DNA from: Chiloscyllium plagiosum
Taxonomy: Eukaryota
Reading direction: 5' to 3'
Assembly (NCBI RefSeq): GCF_004010195.1
Contig: NC_057750.1
Coordinates: 16,746,450-16,810,449, forward strand
DNA length: 64,000 nucleotides
Shown: positions 1 through 13,298 of the stretch, piece after piece
How the letters are laid out: each line of letters opens with the position of its first letter
Numbering within the stretch: the stretch's first letter is position 1
Program-made: the position numbers and the translations under genes
Notes under the pieces: generated by a model
The model's input: the letters and a program-made list of their open reading frames with translations, nothing else
Database searches by the model: none
Told to the model about the DNA's origin: nothing

Positions 1-59
1 AGGAGAGCATGCCCAGTACAGGGGAGACTGAACCCTATTGGGGAAAACCAAGCTTGGAA

Positions 60-250
60 CATCTGCAGGCCCATGGCTTAAGGAAGGACTGTACTGTTTG
101 TCTTGACTTTAATTCTTCATTTTTCCACTTTTTTACTAAGAAGACTGTAGTGTTAAACATATTGACTGATTTTTTTACTTTTCTACTTCTGTAACTAAGA
201 TTTTTGAAAGTAGGTAATTTGTACCTAAGATGGCGCCATGTGTGGCAACA
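60..250 (+). mobile_element. End of an unidentified dispersed repeat (T-rich tract then GTACCTAAGATGGCG)
   Basis: The same GGAAGGA / T-rich / GTACCTAAGATGGC layout recurs at 58230-58400. Confidence 0.4.
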
Positions 251-1431
251 TTATTGGTTGTAGAATAGGCCAGTCCTTGGTGAAAAAATATTGCCTCTCA
301 CATCCATACAGCAGGGAAATACTTAGGAAGTAAGTCACTGTTGTAAAGTAGAAATGTCAGCAGCTGATTTTCACACGGCACCACACGCTGGCCAGATTAT
401 TGGCTAGGAAAAATTATGACACTGCGGGTCTATCATTCTTGCAACCGCATCTGAAGGTTATGGACTCACGTTCCACTCTAGAAACTTAAGCACAACATCA
501 ACTCAACTGAGGGAAATGTAAGATGCATAGGCAATTAGCTTTAATGGGGCTTGTTTGGCATAACTCCAAATATTATGAAAGTTGAGTTGTGTGGGTCATA
601 GAGAAATTTCTGGATTGTGGTTTTAGATGTAATTATTCTGATGTCTTTCGATATTAATAGCTGCTATGAATTTTATATGTTAGTCTTGTGTGGGCTTAAT
701 TTCCCAATACTTACAACATCATCTCTATAAAGATAGGGAAATTCCTTAAAGCAGATCCCTAATTCCAGTGAATCTAAACTTGTCAGGAACTGGAGAGTGT
801 GGCATCAATGAGATATCGAGCACCACAAAACAATTAAATTAAACTTTTCCCATAATGAGAATGTGACCCTGACCACTGTCTCACAGTTCACCAGCAACCC
901 TGTTTCACTGTTTTATCTTTCACAGGATGTTGGTATCTCTGGCAAGAACAGCATTTGTTACCCATCTCAGTGCCTGCTCAGCAATTCAAAGGGCTTTAAG
1001 AGTCAACCACATTGAAGTGGGTCTGGAGTCACATGCACCAGGTGAGGACAGCAAATTTCCTTCTCTGAAGACCACTGATGAATCAGGTCGGTTTCTATGA
1101 CGATAGTCACTGTGGTCACCAACACTGAGACTTGTTTTACGTTCCAGATTTGTTAACCTTTACTTCTGATTCTTTTGGGAATTGTGCCAAACCTGGAGGA
1201 GGTGGATCAGCAGCACAGAGTAGTCCCAAAGGGAACAATTGCTCGAATCTGCACCAGCCCCAGGTGTGGTCACTCCACACAACAGAATGAGCAAGAAATA
1301 CACTCAGCACGTTTTGCGCAAAACAGACTCCTTTTGCTATTGTCCAGAAGATGCCCACTCACAAAGCTGATCTATCGGGTTTGATTCTTACTATCTGAGG
1401 GCTGCCCTATGAAGAACAATTGAGTACAAAG

Positions 1432-1566
1432 CAAAAAATCTTCTGCTACAAATTCTGTGTCTTATGATCCTGCTCCACAACCACCTGATGAAGGAGCAGC
1501 ACTCAAAAAGCTAGTGCTTCCAAATACACCTGTTGGACTATAACCTGGTGCTGTGTGATTTTTAAC
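1432..1566 (+). mobile_element. Short Penelope-like terminal insert with degenerate hammerhead motif
   Basis: CAC-CTGATGA-AGGAGCAGCACTC-AAAAAGCTA-GTG at 1482-1516; flanked by tgagtacaaag (1421-1431) and tgagtataaag (1567-1577). Confidence 0.8.
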
Positions 1567-1901
1567 TGAGTATAAAGGCTCAATATACTCTCTACAGAAC
1601 AAGAGGCAATCTCATTGACTGAATAGAAGGGCTAGAGAGGATGAATTTTGAGAGGATTCAGGGGACATTTTCAAAATCATGAGCAGGCTGGATAAAGGAG
1701 ATAGGGAGAAGCTGTTCCTGTTCGTGAAAGAAAAAAGAATGAAAGAGGAACGGATTTAAAATGATATTCCAGAAAAACAGGGGTTACGTGAGAAAACGTT
1801 TTCTCTCAGTGTGTAGTTAGGATATAGAATTACCTGGAAATGTGATGGAGGCAGGTCAAATGAGACACTCAAAAGGGCATTGGATGATTATTTGAATTAT
1901 C

Positions 1902-2228
1902 GAATCCCTACAGTGTGGAAGAAGGCCATTCAGCCCATTGACTCCAGACTGATCCTCTAAACAGCAACCAACCCAGACTCAACCCTATCCCTGTAACCCC
2001 GCATTTCCCATGGCTAGTCCACCTAGCCTGCACACTATGGGCAATTTAGCATGACCAATCCACCTAACCTCCACATCTTTGGAATGTGGGAGGATACCAA
2101 AGCACCTGAAAGAAACCTATGCTGTCACAGTGAGAATGTGCAAACTCCACACAGATAGTCGCCTGAGGGTGGTTTCGAACCCAGGTGTCTGACACTGTTA
2201 GGCAGCAATACTGACCACTGTGCCACCA
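1902..2228 (-). mobile_element. HE1-type tRNA-derived SINE
   Basis: Minus-strand A/B-box head, TGTGTGGAGTTTGCACATTCT core and ACTGTAGGGATTC tail. Confidence 0.9.
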
Positions 2229-3249
2229 TTTAGATAGAGCTGGTGTTCAGGGATATGAGGAAAAGATAGGTGATCGACACAAGGTATTAGAGATGGAGCA
2301 GACACCATTGGCTGAATGGCCTCCTTCTATGCCAGAGCAATTTTGTGATGACAAGGTCAGCATTTATTGCTTCTCCCTAACTGCCCCGGAGAAGGTGGTT
2401 GGTGAGCTACCTTCCTGAACCACCAGAGAATCACGGGGCTCACAATCTCAGGAGAAGGGCTCAACCATTTTGGACTGAGATGAGGAGAAATGACTTCACT
2501 CAGAGGATTTGAATCTTAAAGGGTGGAGGAATCTTTGACAGAGGACAGTCAATGCCCCGTCATTGAATACATTGATACCTATGATCTATTGATATGGGAA
2601 TGATTCGAGACAGTGATGTAGGTCAGGCATGGTTTTATTGAGGGACAGAGTAGGATTAAGGAGCCAACTGGCTTACTCCTGTTCAATTCCCCATGTTGAC
2701 TGTTGATTCCACAACTCAGAAGGCGCAGCCTGCTCTCTACTCTTCCTCACCTGTGCGATGTTGACTGCCAAACTGCAAGATACTGGCAACAATTGTCTTA
2801 TTATGATTTAAAAGCTTTCAGATAATATTGTGGGGAAAATTCCAAGCACCGACAATGCGGAGGATTTGGCACACGGAACAGAAATTGAGATACAGAGCTA
2901 TTTGTGGCAAGGAGCCAGGAGTGGATACTCTGAGGGAACAGAAGTGACGGCGCCTGCTATATGTAATGGGGGCAGAGCAGTGGCTGTCTCCTCCCAGTGA
3001 ACGTGGGATGGTAAGGAGGAACTAGGCATCACTCCAGACCACAACAACAACTGACATTGATGCAGGTCATTTCATGTTGTCAAACAGCTCGAGGCGCATC
3101 GATGTGCACAAATAAAACTTGACACTGAGCCAATGATGGAGACATCTGTGCTGGAATCCAAATGTTGGATCATCTCAAATAAGGTGGAACAGGTTGGGAG
3201 GCCAAGCAATTCAGGGAGGCAGTTCTAGAATTTACAGCCTGGACTGTAG

Positions 3250-3410
3250 TGTTCAGGGATGTATAGGTTAGGTGCAGTAGTCAGAGGTAAATGTAAAAAA
3301 GTAATAGGGTAGGGGAGTGGGTCTGGCTGGGATACTCTTCGGAGGGTCGGTGTGGACTTGTTGGGCCAAATGGCCTGTTTCCACACTGTAGGGATTCTAT
3401 GATTCTATGA
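3250..3410 (+). mobile_element. HE1 SINE 3' half
   Basis: ggagggtcggtgtggacttgttgggccaaatggcctgtttccacactgtagggattctatgattctatg tail. Confidence 0.85.
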
Positions 3411-3944
3411 CAGAGGAAAATGCACCCACCAGCAATGAAGTATTTAAAAGCAGGTTTATGCAAGAAACCAAATTGTTGAGATTTTGACAACTGCTATGAT
3501 ATTTGTATTTGTATTTGCACAGCACTGCCAATGAATTGATATGTCATAACATGCTTTACTTGACACCGAGCCACCTGGGGTGATACTAGGACAGCTAAAG
3601 ACACAGGATTTGAGGGGCATCTGAAAGGAGGAAAGCGAGGCTTCAAGAGAGGCGTAGGATGGGAATTCTGAAGCCTGGAATATGTGAACTAGGAGCAGGA
3701 AGGCCCACGGACCTGCTCTGATATTTAATACAGATCATGGCTGATCCCATCACGGCCTCAACTCCACTTTCTTGCTCAGTCCCCAGAACCATTTAACCCA
3801 TTCATTATCCTAAACCATGACCTCACATTCTCGACTATCCCTCGAGTGCTCTACTTTTACTATATCCATCCCCTTTAACATTTTTTGTAGCTTAATTAGA
3901 TCTCCTCTCATTCTTCTAGAACTCTACACCTAAACTCCTAATTA

Positions 3945-5095
3945 GTATCAAAATGTGTGGTGCTGTAAAAGCACAGCCGGTCAGGCAGCATCCGAGGAGC
4001 AGGTGAGTCGATGTTCCGGGCACAAGCCCTTCATCAGGAATGTGAGGGGGGGGAAGGGGGCTGTGCCACTTTCTGCTGTCCAGGCTGTAAACTCTGAATT
4101 GCTTGATCTCTCTATCTGTTCCACCTTATTTAAGATGACCCAACATTTGGATCCCAGCACAGATGTCTCCATCATTGGCTCAGTGTCAAGTTTCCACCCC
4201 ACTAATCTCCAGATACAGCGCAATATCCTCCACCATTTCTGCCACCTATACCACCAGACACATATTTCCCTCCCCACCCCTTTCAACATTCCGCAGAGAT
4301 CATTCCCTCCGTGACTCACCCATTAGGTCCACACCCCACCCTCCACTCCCAGCACCTTCCCTTGCCACCACAAGAGGCGTAAAACCTGCGCCCACACCTC
4401 CCCCCTCACCTCCGTCCAAGATCCCAAAGGATCCTTCCACATCCGGCAGAGATTCTCCTGCACTTCCAAGCACCTCATCCACTGTGTCCGTTTCTCTCGA
4501 TGTGGTCTCCTCTACAATGGAGAGAAGGGACACTGACTTGCGGAATGTTTCAGGGAACATCTCCGGGACACTGCCCCGTGGCAGAACACTTCAGCTCCCC
4601 CTCCCACTTCGCCAAGGACATGCAGCTCCTGGGCCTCCTCCACCGCCAAACCCAAGCCACCTGACGAGGAAGAACAACTCACTGTCCGCTTGGGACCCTC
4701 CAACCACACGACATCAATGTGGGCTTCATCAGTTTCCTCATCTCCCCTCTCCCCACCTCATCCCAGATCCACCCCTTTAACTCGGCACCACCCTCTTGAA
4801 CTTCCTACCTGTCTATCTTTCTTCCCACCTATCCCGCTCCACCTTGCACTCCAACCTATCACCATCAAACACCACCTTCATCAACCTATCACACTCTCAG
4901 TTATCTTCCCCCCCCAGCCCCACCTTCCTATTTATCTCTCTGCTCCTCCCCCACTGCCCCCACATTCCTGATGAAGGGTGTATGCCCGAAACGTCAACTC
5001 TCCTGCTCCTTGGATGCTGCCTGACCTGCTGTGCTTTTCCAGTACTACACCTTTCAACTCTGATCTCCAGCATCTGAAGTTCTCGCTTTCTCCTC
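3945..5095 (+). mobile_element. Penelope-like element 3' fragment (GIY-YIG relic plus terminus) with an inverted copy of the terminus at its left end
   Basis: CTSKHLIHCVRFSRCGLLY / REHL relic at ~4455-4565; hammerhead at 4964-4999, inverted degenerate copy at 4005-4041; flanks aactcctaatta and aacttctaatta. Confidence 0.85.
4964..4999 (+). ncRNA. Minimal type I hammerhead ribozyme motif (PLE-associated)
   Basis: CTGATGA core, stem II GGGT-GTAT-GCCC, GAAA, palindromic ACGT stem III, GUC cleavage triplet; stem I weak. Confidence 0.7.
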
Positions 5096-6336
5096 AACTT
5101 CTAATTACTCTTCATAAAGCCAAAACCTCATCTCTGGAATCAAACTAATGAACATTGTCTGACTTACCTTCAGTGCAATTAAAACCCTCCTCAAGTAAGG
5201 ACCTGCCTTGGAAAGTTGCAGCAATGCTCCCTGCTGTGATACTTTAGTCCTTTAACAGTAAATGCCATTTGCCGTCCTTTTTTACATGCTCTGTGTGCAC
5301 ACTGGCTTTCTGCGATTCATGCATGAGGGCACCCAGATCAAATCACTCTGAAGTGCTCTCCATTTCCATCATAAGTTAGCTTTCAATTTTTCCAACCAAA
5401 ATAGATTACCTCACACTTATCCACGTCAAACTTCTCTACCTAATTTTGGCCCACTTACCTGACCGATGTCTATTTGTAAATATTTTAATTCTTTAATTGC
5501 AGCTTACTTTCCCACCTATTTAGCTATCGTATCTTCTATCACCGCGTCCGAGACATTAATATAGACTGTCCAAGCCCTGAACCTTGTGGCACCCCATGAG
5601 TCACAGCTTGCCGACCAGAAAAAGACACCTTTATCCTGGCTTTCTGCTTTCTGTTGGTTCGCCAGTCCTCTATCCAAGCTGATATATTACCTCTACAACC
5701 ATGTGATCTTACGTTGCGTATGAACCTTTTGATGGCATCTTATCAAATGCCTTCTGAAAGTCCAAATCTATTCCATCTACAGGATCTACGTTCTGCTAGT
5801 TCTATCTCAGAACTCAAGCAAATTGACCAAATACAACTTACCTATCAGAAAACCGTGGTGATTCAGATAGATTGCATGTTGATTTTCCAAATACCCTATT
5901 ATTACTTCCTTAACATTGGATTCCAACAATTTCCCATTGACAGATGTTAAACTGAATGGTCTGGGTGGAGGTAGAGCTGCTTCCATGTAGATTTTTACCT
6001 TTCACCCTGCTCTCGCTGGAGATACCCTGAGGTTGTTATTCTTATGTTGGTTCAGGTATTGGTGCCTGTCCTTTGCCCGTAACTAACTTCCACCTCCAAG
6101 CTAGGGATTTTAAAAATTAATTCATAAGTTACACTGGTTACCAGCATTTATTGTCCGTCCCGAGATGCCCCTGGAGAAGGTGGGAATGAGCTGCCATCTT
6201 GAACCCCTGTTGTCCATGTGCTGTAGGTTGACCCACAATGCCTTGAGGGAGGGAGTTCCAGGATTGTGAAGCAGTGACCCTGAAGGAACAGTGATCTATT
6301 CTAAGGGTGTGGAACTCAGAGAGGGAACTTGCAGAT

Positions 6337-6836
6337 NNNNNNNNNNNNNNNNNNNNNNNNNNNNNNNNNNNNNNNNNNNNNNNNNNNNNNNNNNNNNNNN
6401 NNNNNNNNNNNNNNNNNNNNNNNNNNNNNNNNNNNNNNNNNNNNNNNNNNNNNNNNNNNNNNNNNNNNNNNNNNNNNNNNNNNNNNNNNNNNNNNNNNNN
6501 NNNNNNNNNNNNNNNNNNNNNNNNNNNNNNNNNNNNNNNNNNNNNNNNNNNNNNNNNNNNNNNNNNNNNNNNNNNNNNNNNNNNNNNNNNNNNNNNNNNN
6601 NNNNNNNNNNNNNNNNNNNNNNNNNNNNNNNNNNNNNNNNNNNNNNNNNNNNNNNNNNNNNNNNNNNNNNNNNNNNNNNNNNNNNNNNNNNNNNNNNNNN
6701 NNNNNNNNNNNNNNNNNNNNNNNNNNNNNNNNNNNNNNNNNNNNNNNNNNNNNNNNNNNNNNNNNNNNNNNNNNNNNNNNNNNNNNNNNNNNNNNNNNNN
6801 NNNNNNNNNNNNNNNNNNNNNNNNNNNNNNNNNNNN
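6337..6836. other. Assembly gap (others: 41151-41650, 43620-43923, 49408-49554, 56376-56956)
   Basis: Runs of N. Confidence 1.
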
Positions 6837-6885
6837 GGGTGGGGACTGACAGGTGAGCAATAGGCAGGAGCAGTTGATTAAATTA

Positions 6886-7187
6886 GAATCCCTACAGTAT
6901 GGAAACAGGCCACTTGACCAAACCAGTCCACACTGACCCTCCAAAGAGTAACCCACCCAGACTCATTTCCCTCCAAATGATGCACCGAACACTATGGAGA
7001 ATTTTGCGTGGCCAATTCACCCGACCTGCACATCTTTGGACTGTGGGAGGAAACCGGAGCACCCGGAGGAAACCCACGCAGACACGGGGAGAATGTGCAA
7101 ACTCCACACAGTCGCCGGAAGCTGGAATCGAACCTGGGTCCATGGTGCTGTGAGGCAGCAGTGTCAACCACTGAGCAGTTGTGCCGT
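6886..7187 (-). mobile_element. HE1 SINE
   Basis: B box GGTTCGATTCC on the minus strand; conserved core and tail. Confidence 0.92.
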
Positions 7188-7849
7188 CCTAGTTGCTGGA
7201 AGGTAAGCATTGGCCGTGTGCAGAGGCCAGTAGGTGGGTGAGTGACCCTGGCATTATGGAGGAGGAGTTGTAGGCAGATATGGAGTGATAGGGCGAGGCA
7301 TTATCTCTCTGGTTGGCTCATGAACCAGCACACGTTCCACATGGCCAGTTGCTGACTTTCTCTCTGATCTCCAGCGAATCTCTAACCAGCCCATTCCACA
7401 CCTCATCCCCATCTTCTCACTCTCTGTTTGCTAGTTGTCACAGGTATGATGGGCCAAATGGCCTCCTTTTGCAGCATTACAATTCTGTGAAGTTGTCAGA
7501 GCCCTGATATACCAACAATTAGCAAATCGTTTTCCTCCACACTTTATCATGTGAACACTAGAGAGAAAATGGCCTCACAGTCATTTCTGTAATCTGTCAG
7601 AATACAGAGACACAGGAGAGGGTGAATAAATCTCCCACTTTGGACCTTGCGTACTTTGGGTGGTGACACTCTCGGAAGCCACAGCCAGTAGTCGGGTAAT
7701 GTTCAACTCTGTGTGAATGGCACAGCGCCCCGGGAACTGCTGGAGGTATATTGAGACTCTGGTTCTGGATGGCAAAACGTCCTAATTCATAAGGTAAGGC
7801 ACCACCCTCCTCGTGGGAGGGGGAGGGAATTAGACCTCAGTCAAACACC

Positions 7850-8215
7850 TTACTGCTGAATGTGGATAACAGAGCTCTGACCAAAGACAAGGTCAAGTCT
7901 GTCCTGGAGTTGGTAATCCTTCCCTGATCAAACCTGACTGTTCTCAACAGAAAGAGCTCTGGGCTCCTGTTACTCAGGAATGTGATTGCTCAAGTGCAGG
8001 ACAGGGATTGCTCGCCAGCGTAGACCGAGAGAAGCCCTTTGACAGACTATTTCACACCCGCATGATGGATGGACTCTTCAATATCTGTTTTGGGGAGAGA
8101 ATCTGTCATTGGACATAAACATTCTCCACAAACGCTCGAGGCACAGCTTTACTGGATAGTGGGAATTTGGAAGTTTTCTGATCCAATCTGCAGGGCTGCC
8201 CTCCTGTCCACCTCT
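7850..8215 (+). pseudogene. Tx1/L1-clade LINE reverse transcriptase relic
   Basis: DREKPFDRLFH (DxEKAFD-like), GERICHW and QGCP motifs, with frameshifts. Confidence 0.65.
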
Positions 8216-8414
8216 CATATCTTTAACCCAACCCTCACACACCGGGCCACGTTGTCACATGGGCCATTGTCAGTTACTAATGGTCCTCATTTGCAGCTAT
8301 TGATTATCCTCAGCTGACCTTTACCCATTCCTTTATTGTCCAACTGCGTTTTTCTCTCATTCTGAGCTCCAAATCCACCTATCGTTCACTCCCCTTCCCT
8401 CCCCATCTACAGCA

Positions 8415-9225
8415 GATATTGTATTTCGGATCATGGAAGCTAGAGAACTTGGGAAAATAAATAGTGATATCTTGAAAAGGGTCCACGTGACAGAAGAGGA
8501 GGCACTGGACATCTTAAAACATGTAAAGGTGGATAAATCTCCAGGACTTGTTCAGGTGTACCCTAGATCTATTTTGGAAGCTAGGGAAGTGATTTCTGGG
8601 CCCCTTGCTGAGATATTGTGTCCCATTGGCGTGATTGAGTGACAAAGAAGGTGGATGAAGGCAGAATGGTAGAGATTGTCTATATGGACTTCAGCAAGAC
8701 AAGGTTCCACATAGTAGACTTGTTAGCAAGGTTAAGTCACATGGAAGTCGGGAGACCTCTGTTTCTGTGCTGTACATCTCTATGACTCTATGACATAGAC
8801 AATTGAATACAAACTTGGCTTGAAGGTAGGAGACAGAGGATGGTGGAGGGTTGCTTTTTAGACTGGACACCTGTGACCAGCGGTGTGCTGTAAGGATCAG
8901 TGCTGGGTCCACTGCTTGTTGTCATTTTTATGCATGATTTACATGTGGATATAGTAGATGCGCTTAGTAAGTTTGCAGATGATATCAAAATTGGTGGTGT
9001 GGAGGAAGCAAGGAAGGTTATCACAGAGTACAAGGGGACCTTGATCAGATGGGCCGATGGGCCGAAGAGTGGCAGATGGAGTTTAATTTAGATGAATGTG
9101 AGGTGCTGCATTTTAGTAAGGAAAATCAGGCCAGGACTTATAGAGTTAATGGTAGGGCCCTGGAGAGTGTTGCCAAACAAAGAGACTGAGAGGCATAGAT
9201 ACATAGTTCCTTGAAAATTGAGTCA
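8415..9225 (+). mobile_element. CR1 (HER1-like) LINE, part 1 of a host element that resumes at 13889
   Basis: KVDKSPG, YMDFSK, LGPLL, KFADD and KCEVLHF-like motifs; breaks at ...gagtcatag. Confidence 0.88.
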
Positions 9226-9329
9226 TAGAACCATTAAGTCATAGAGATGCACAGCACGGAAACAGACCCTTTGGTCCAGCTCATCCATGCCGACCAGATA
9301 TCCTAAGCTAATCTTGCCAGCATTTGGCA

Positions 9330-12090
9330 ACATATCTCTCTGAACCCTTCCTATTCACGTACCCATACTGATGTCTTTTAAATGTTGCGATTGTACCACC
9401 TTCTACCACTTCCTCTGGCAGCTCATTTCATACACGCACCACCCTCTGTGTGAAAAAGTTGTCCCCTAGGTCCCTTTTAAATTTTTCCCCTTTCACACTA
9501 AACCTATGCCCTCTAGTTCTGGACTCCCCCCACCCCAGGGAAATGTCTTTGTTTATTTATCCTAACCATGCCCTTCATGATTTCATAAACCTCTGTAAGG
9601 TCACTCCCTCAGCCTCCGACGCTCCAGGGAAAACAGCCCGAGCCTATTCAACCTCTCCCTAACACTCAAATCCTCCAACCAGGGCAACATCCTTATAAGT
9701 CTCTTCTGGACCCTTTCAAGTTTCACAACATCCTTCCAATAGGATGGAGACCAGAATTGCGTGCAATATTCTAAACGTGGCCAAACCAATGTTCTGCACA
9801 GCCGCAACATGACCTCCCAACTCCTGTACTCAATACTCTGACCAATAAAGGAAAGCATACCAAACGCCTTCTTCACTATCCTATCTACCTGTGGGTTCCA
9901 ATTAAAGGAGCTATGAACCTGCACTCCAAGGTCTCTTTGTTCAGCAACACTCCCTTGGACCTTACCATTAAGTGTATAAGTCCTGCTAAGATTTGCTTTC
10001 CCAAAACGCAGCACCTCACATTTATCTAAATTAAACTCCATCTACCACGTCTCAGCCCATTGACCCATCTGATCAAGATCCTGTTGTAATCTGAAGTAAC
10101 TTTCTTCGCTGTCCACTGTGCTTCCAATTTTGGTGTCATCTGCAAACTTACTAACTATATCTCCTATGTTCATATCCAAATCATTTATATAAATGACGAA
10201 AAGTTAATGGACCCAGCACCAATCCTTGTGGCACACCACTGGTCACAGGCCTCCAGTCTGAAAAACAACCCTCCACCACCAGCCTCTGTCTTCTACTTTT
10301 GAGCCAGTTCTGTATCCAAATGGCTAGTTCTCCCTATATTCCATGAGATCTAACCTTGCTCACCAGTCTCCTATGGGGAACCTTTTCGAACACCTTACTG
10401 AAGTCCATATAGATCACATCCACCGCTCTGCCCTCATCAATCTTGTTTGTCACTTCTTCAAAAAACTCAATCAAGTTTGTAAGACATGATTGCCATTGCA
10501 CAAAGCCATGTTGACTATCCCTAATCAGTCCTTGCCTTTCCAAATACAAGTAAATCCTGTTCCTCAGGATTCCCTCCAACAACTTGCCCACCACCAATGC
10601 CAGACTCACCAATCTATAGTTCCCTGGCTTGTCCTTACCACCTTTCTTAAAGAATGGTACCACATTAGCCAACCTCCAGTCTTCCGGCACCTCACCTGAT
10701 CCAAATATCTCAGCAAGGGGCCCAGCAATCACTTCCCTAGCTTCCCACAGAGTTCGAGGATACACCTGATCAGGTCCTGGGGATTTATCCACCTTTATGC
10801 ATTTTGAGACATCCAGCACCTCCTCCTCTGTAATATGGACATTTTGAAAGATGTCACCATCTATTTCCCTATATTCTATATCTACCATGTCCTTCTCCAC
10901 AGTCAACACTGATGCAAAATACTCATTTAGTATCTCCCCCAGCTCCACACAAAGGATGCCTTTCTGATCTTTGAGGGGCCCTATTCTCTCCCTCGTTACC
11001 CTTTTGTCCTTAATGTATTTGTAACAGCCCTTTGGATCCTCCTTCACTCTATTTGCCAACACTATCTCATGTCCCCTTTTTGCCCTTCTGATTTCCCTCT
11101 TAAGTATACTCCTGCTGCCTTTATACTCTTCTAAGAATTCATTCTCTGCTGTCTATACCTGACATATGCTTCCTTCTTTTTCTTAACCAAGCCATCAATT
11201 TCTTTAGTCATCCAGCATTCCCTATACCTACCAGCCTTCCCTTTCACCTGAACAGGAATATACTGTTTATGGATTCTCATTATCACATTTCTGAAGGCTT
11301 CCCATTTTCTAGCCATCCCTTTACTTGTGACCATCTGCCCCCAATCAGCTTTTGAAAGTTCTTGCCTAATACCGTCAAAATTGGCCGTTCTCCAATTTAG
11401 AGCTTCAACTTTTATATCTGGTCTATCCTTTTCCATCACTATTTTAAAACTAATACAATTATGGTTGCTGGCCCCAAAGTGCTCCCCCACTGACAGCTCA
11501 GTCACCTGCCCTGCCTTATTTCCCTAGAGTAGGTCAAGTTTTGCACCTTCTCCATAAGGTACATCCACATACTGACTCAGAAAGTTGTCTTGTACACATT
11601 TAACAAATTCCTCTCCATCTAAACCCTTGACACTATGGCAGTCCCAGTCTATGTTTGGAAAGTTAAAATCTCCTACCATACCCACCCTATTATTCTTACA
11701 GATAGCTGAGATCTCCTTACAAATTTCTTTCTCAATTTCCCTCTGACTATTAGGGGGTCTATAATACAATCCCAATAAGGTTATCATCCCTTTCTTATTT
11801 CTCAGTTCCACCCAAATAACTTCCCTGATTGTATTTCCAGTAATACCCTCCCTCAGTACAGCTGTAACGCTATCCCTTATCAAAAACACCACTCCCCCTC
11901 CTCTCTTGCTTCAACGCTATCCCTTATCAAAAACACCACTCCCCCTCCTCTCTTGCTTCCCTTTCTATCCTTCCTGTCCATCCCTGAGCCATGTTTCTGT
12001 AATTGCTATGATATCCCAGTCCCATGTTCCTAACCATGCCCTGAGTTCATTTGCCTTCCATATTAGGTCTCTTGCATTGAAATAAATGCA
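9330..12090 (-). pseudogene. CR1 ORF2 (AP endonuclease-reverse transcriptase), frameshifted
   Basis: ORF-track pieces 11524-11892, 11131-11505, 10334-11062 and 9601-10041 are collinear. Confidence 0.92.
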
Positions 12091-12199
12091 TTATAATTTA
12101 TCAGTCCTACCTTGTTCTCTGCTTTGTCCCTGCCTACCCTGACTGTTTGATTCTCCTTTTCCCAATTGTACCAATCTGAGACTGATCTCTTTCATCACT

Positions 12200-13298
12200 A
12201 CTTCCCTGTGTCCACCCCCATCACCGTACTAGGTTAAATCCTCCTGAGCAGCTCTAGCAATTCTCCCTGCCAGTGTATTAGTCCCCTTCCAATTCGGGTG
12301 CAATCTGTCCTTCTTGTACAGTTCACTTCTACCTCAGAAGAGATTCCAATGATCCAAAAATGTGAATCCTTCTCCCTGCACCAGGTCCTTAGCCACACAT
12401 TCATCTGCTCTATCCTCCTATTCCTACCCTCACGAGCTCATAGCACAGGGAATAATCCAGATATTGCTACTCTCAAGGACCTCTTTTTTAAAATTCCTGC
12501 CTAACTTTCTATATTCTCCATTCGGAATTTCATCGTTTTCCCTTCCTACTTCATTAGTTCCAACGTGTACAATGACCTCCTGCTGGGCCCTCTCCCCTTT
12601 GAGAACATTCTGCACTGTCTCTGAGATATACTTGATCCTGGCACCAGGGGGGGGGAACACACCATTCTGAATATTTAGCTGCTGGCCACATTTCATCGTT
12701 TTCCCTTCCTACTTCATTAGTTCCAACGTGTACAATGACCTCCTGCTGGGCCCTCTCCCCTTTGAGAACAGTCTGCACTGTCTCTGAGATATACTTGATC
12801 CTGGCACCAGGGGGGGGAACACACCATTCTGAATATTTAGCTGCTGGCCACAGAAACGTCTGTCTGTGCCTCGGACTAGAAAGTCCCCTGTCACTTGGAA
12901 CCTGATGTACCCCTCATTACATTAGAGACAGTCTCGGTACCAGAAACTTGGCTGTTCCTGCTACATTCCCCTGAGAGTCCATCACCCCCTACATTTTCCA
13001 AAACAGTGTACTTGTTTAAGATGAGGATAGCCACAGAAGACTCCTGCACCACCTGCCTACCTTTCCTACCTTTCCTGGAGTTAACCCATCTACCTGACTG
13101 TTTCTGTGGCTGTTCTCCCTGCCACCCCAACTCCTGCAAATTCCTTATTACCTCTGACTGTCTCTCCAACCGATCCACGCGATCTGATAGGATTCGCAAC
13201 CAAACACACATACTGCAGACATAATCCTCTGTAACATAGAAACCCTCCCTAACCTTCCACATCCAACAAGAAGAGCGTATCACTCTACTAAAGGCCAT
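12200..13298 (-). pseudogene. CR1 ORF1 (Cys-rich Zn finger/coiled coil plus SGNH esterase-like domain), frameshifted
   Basis: SSCWMW...YVCSMC, RVDRLERQ, GDFLVRG (GDS-like block), VIVHVGTNEV. Confidence 0.85.

Larger units (their letters stand above)
1390..2350 (+). mobile_element. Old CR1/L2-like LINE 3' fragment, interrupted by a Penelope-end insert and an HE1 SINE
   Basis: Decayed GL.YEE.L-type coding relic and a 3' UTR (gctgaatggcctccttct) shared with other LINE tails in the window. Confidence 0.55.
3680..5960 (-). mobile_element. Old CR1/L2-like LINE fragment, split by the Penelope insert at 3945-5095
   Basis: Minus-strand decayed RT relics (GVPQG-like, D.QKAFD-like) and a LINE 3' UTR at ~3680-3800. 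Confidence 0.55.

Noticed and set aside
6138..6956. ORFs spanning N runs (also around 41151, 43620, 49408 and 56376)
   Set aside because: Artefacts of assembly gaps.
7601..7792. Possible coding exon with a strong donor (AAG|gtaagg)
   Set aside because: All three frames after the ctgtcag acceptor hit stops; a non-coding exon cannot be supported from sequence alone.
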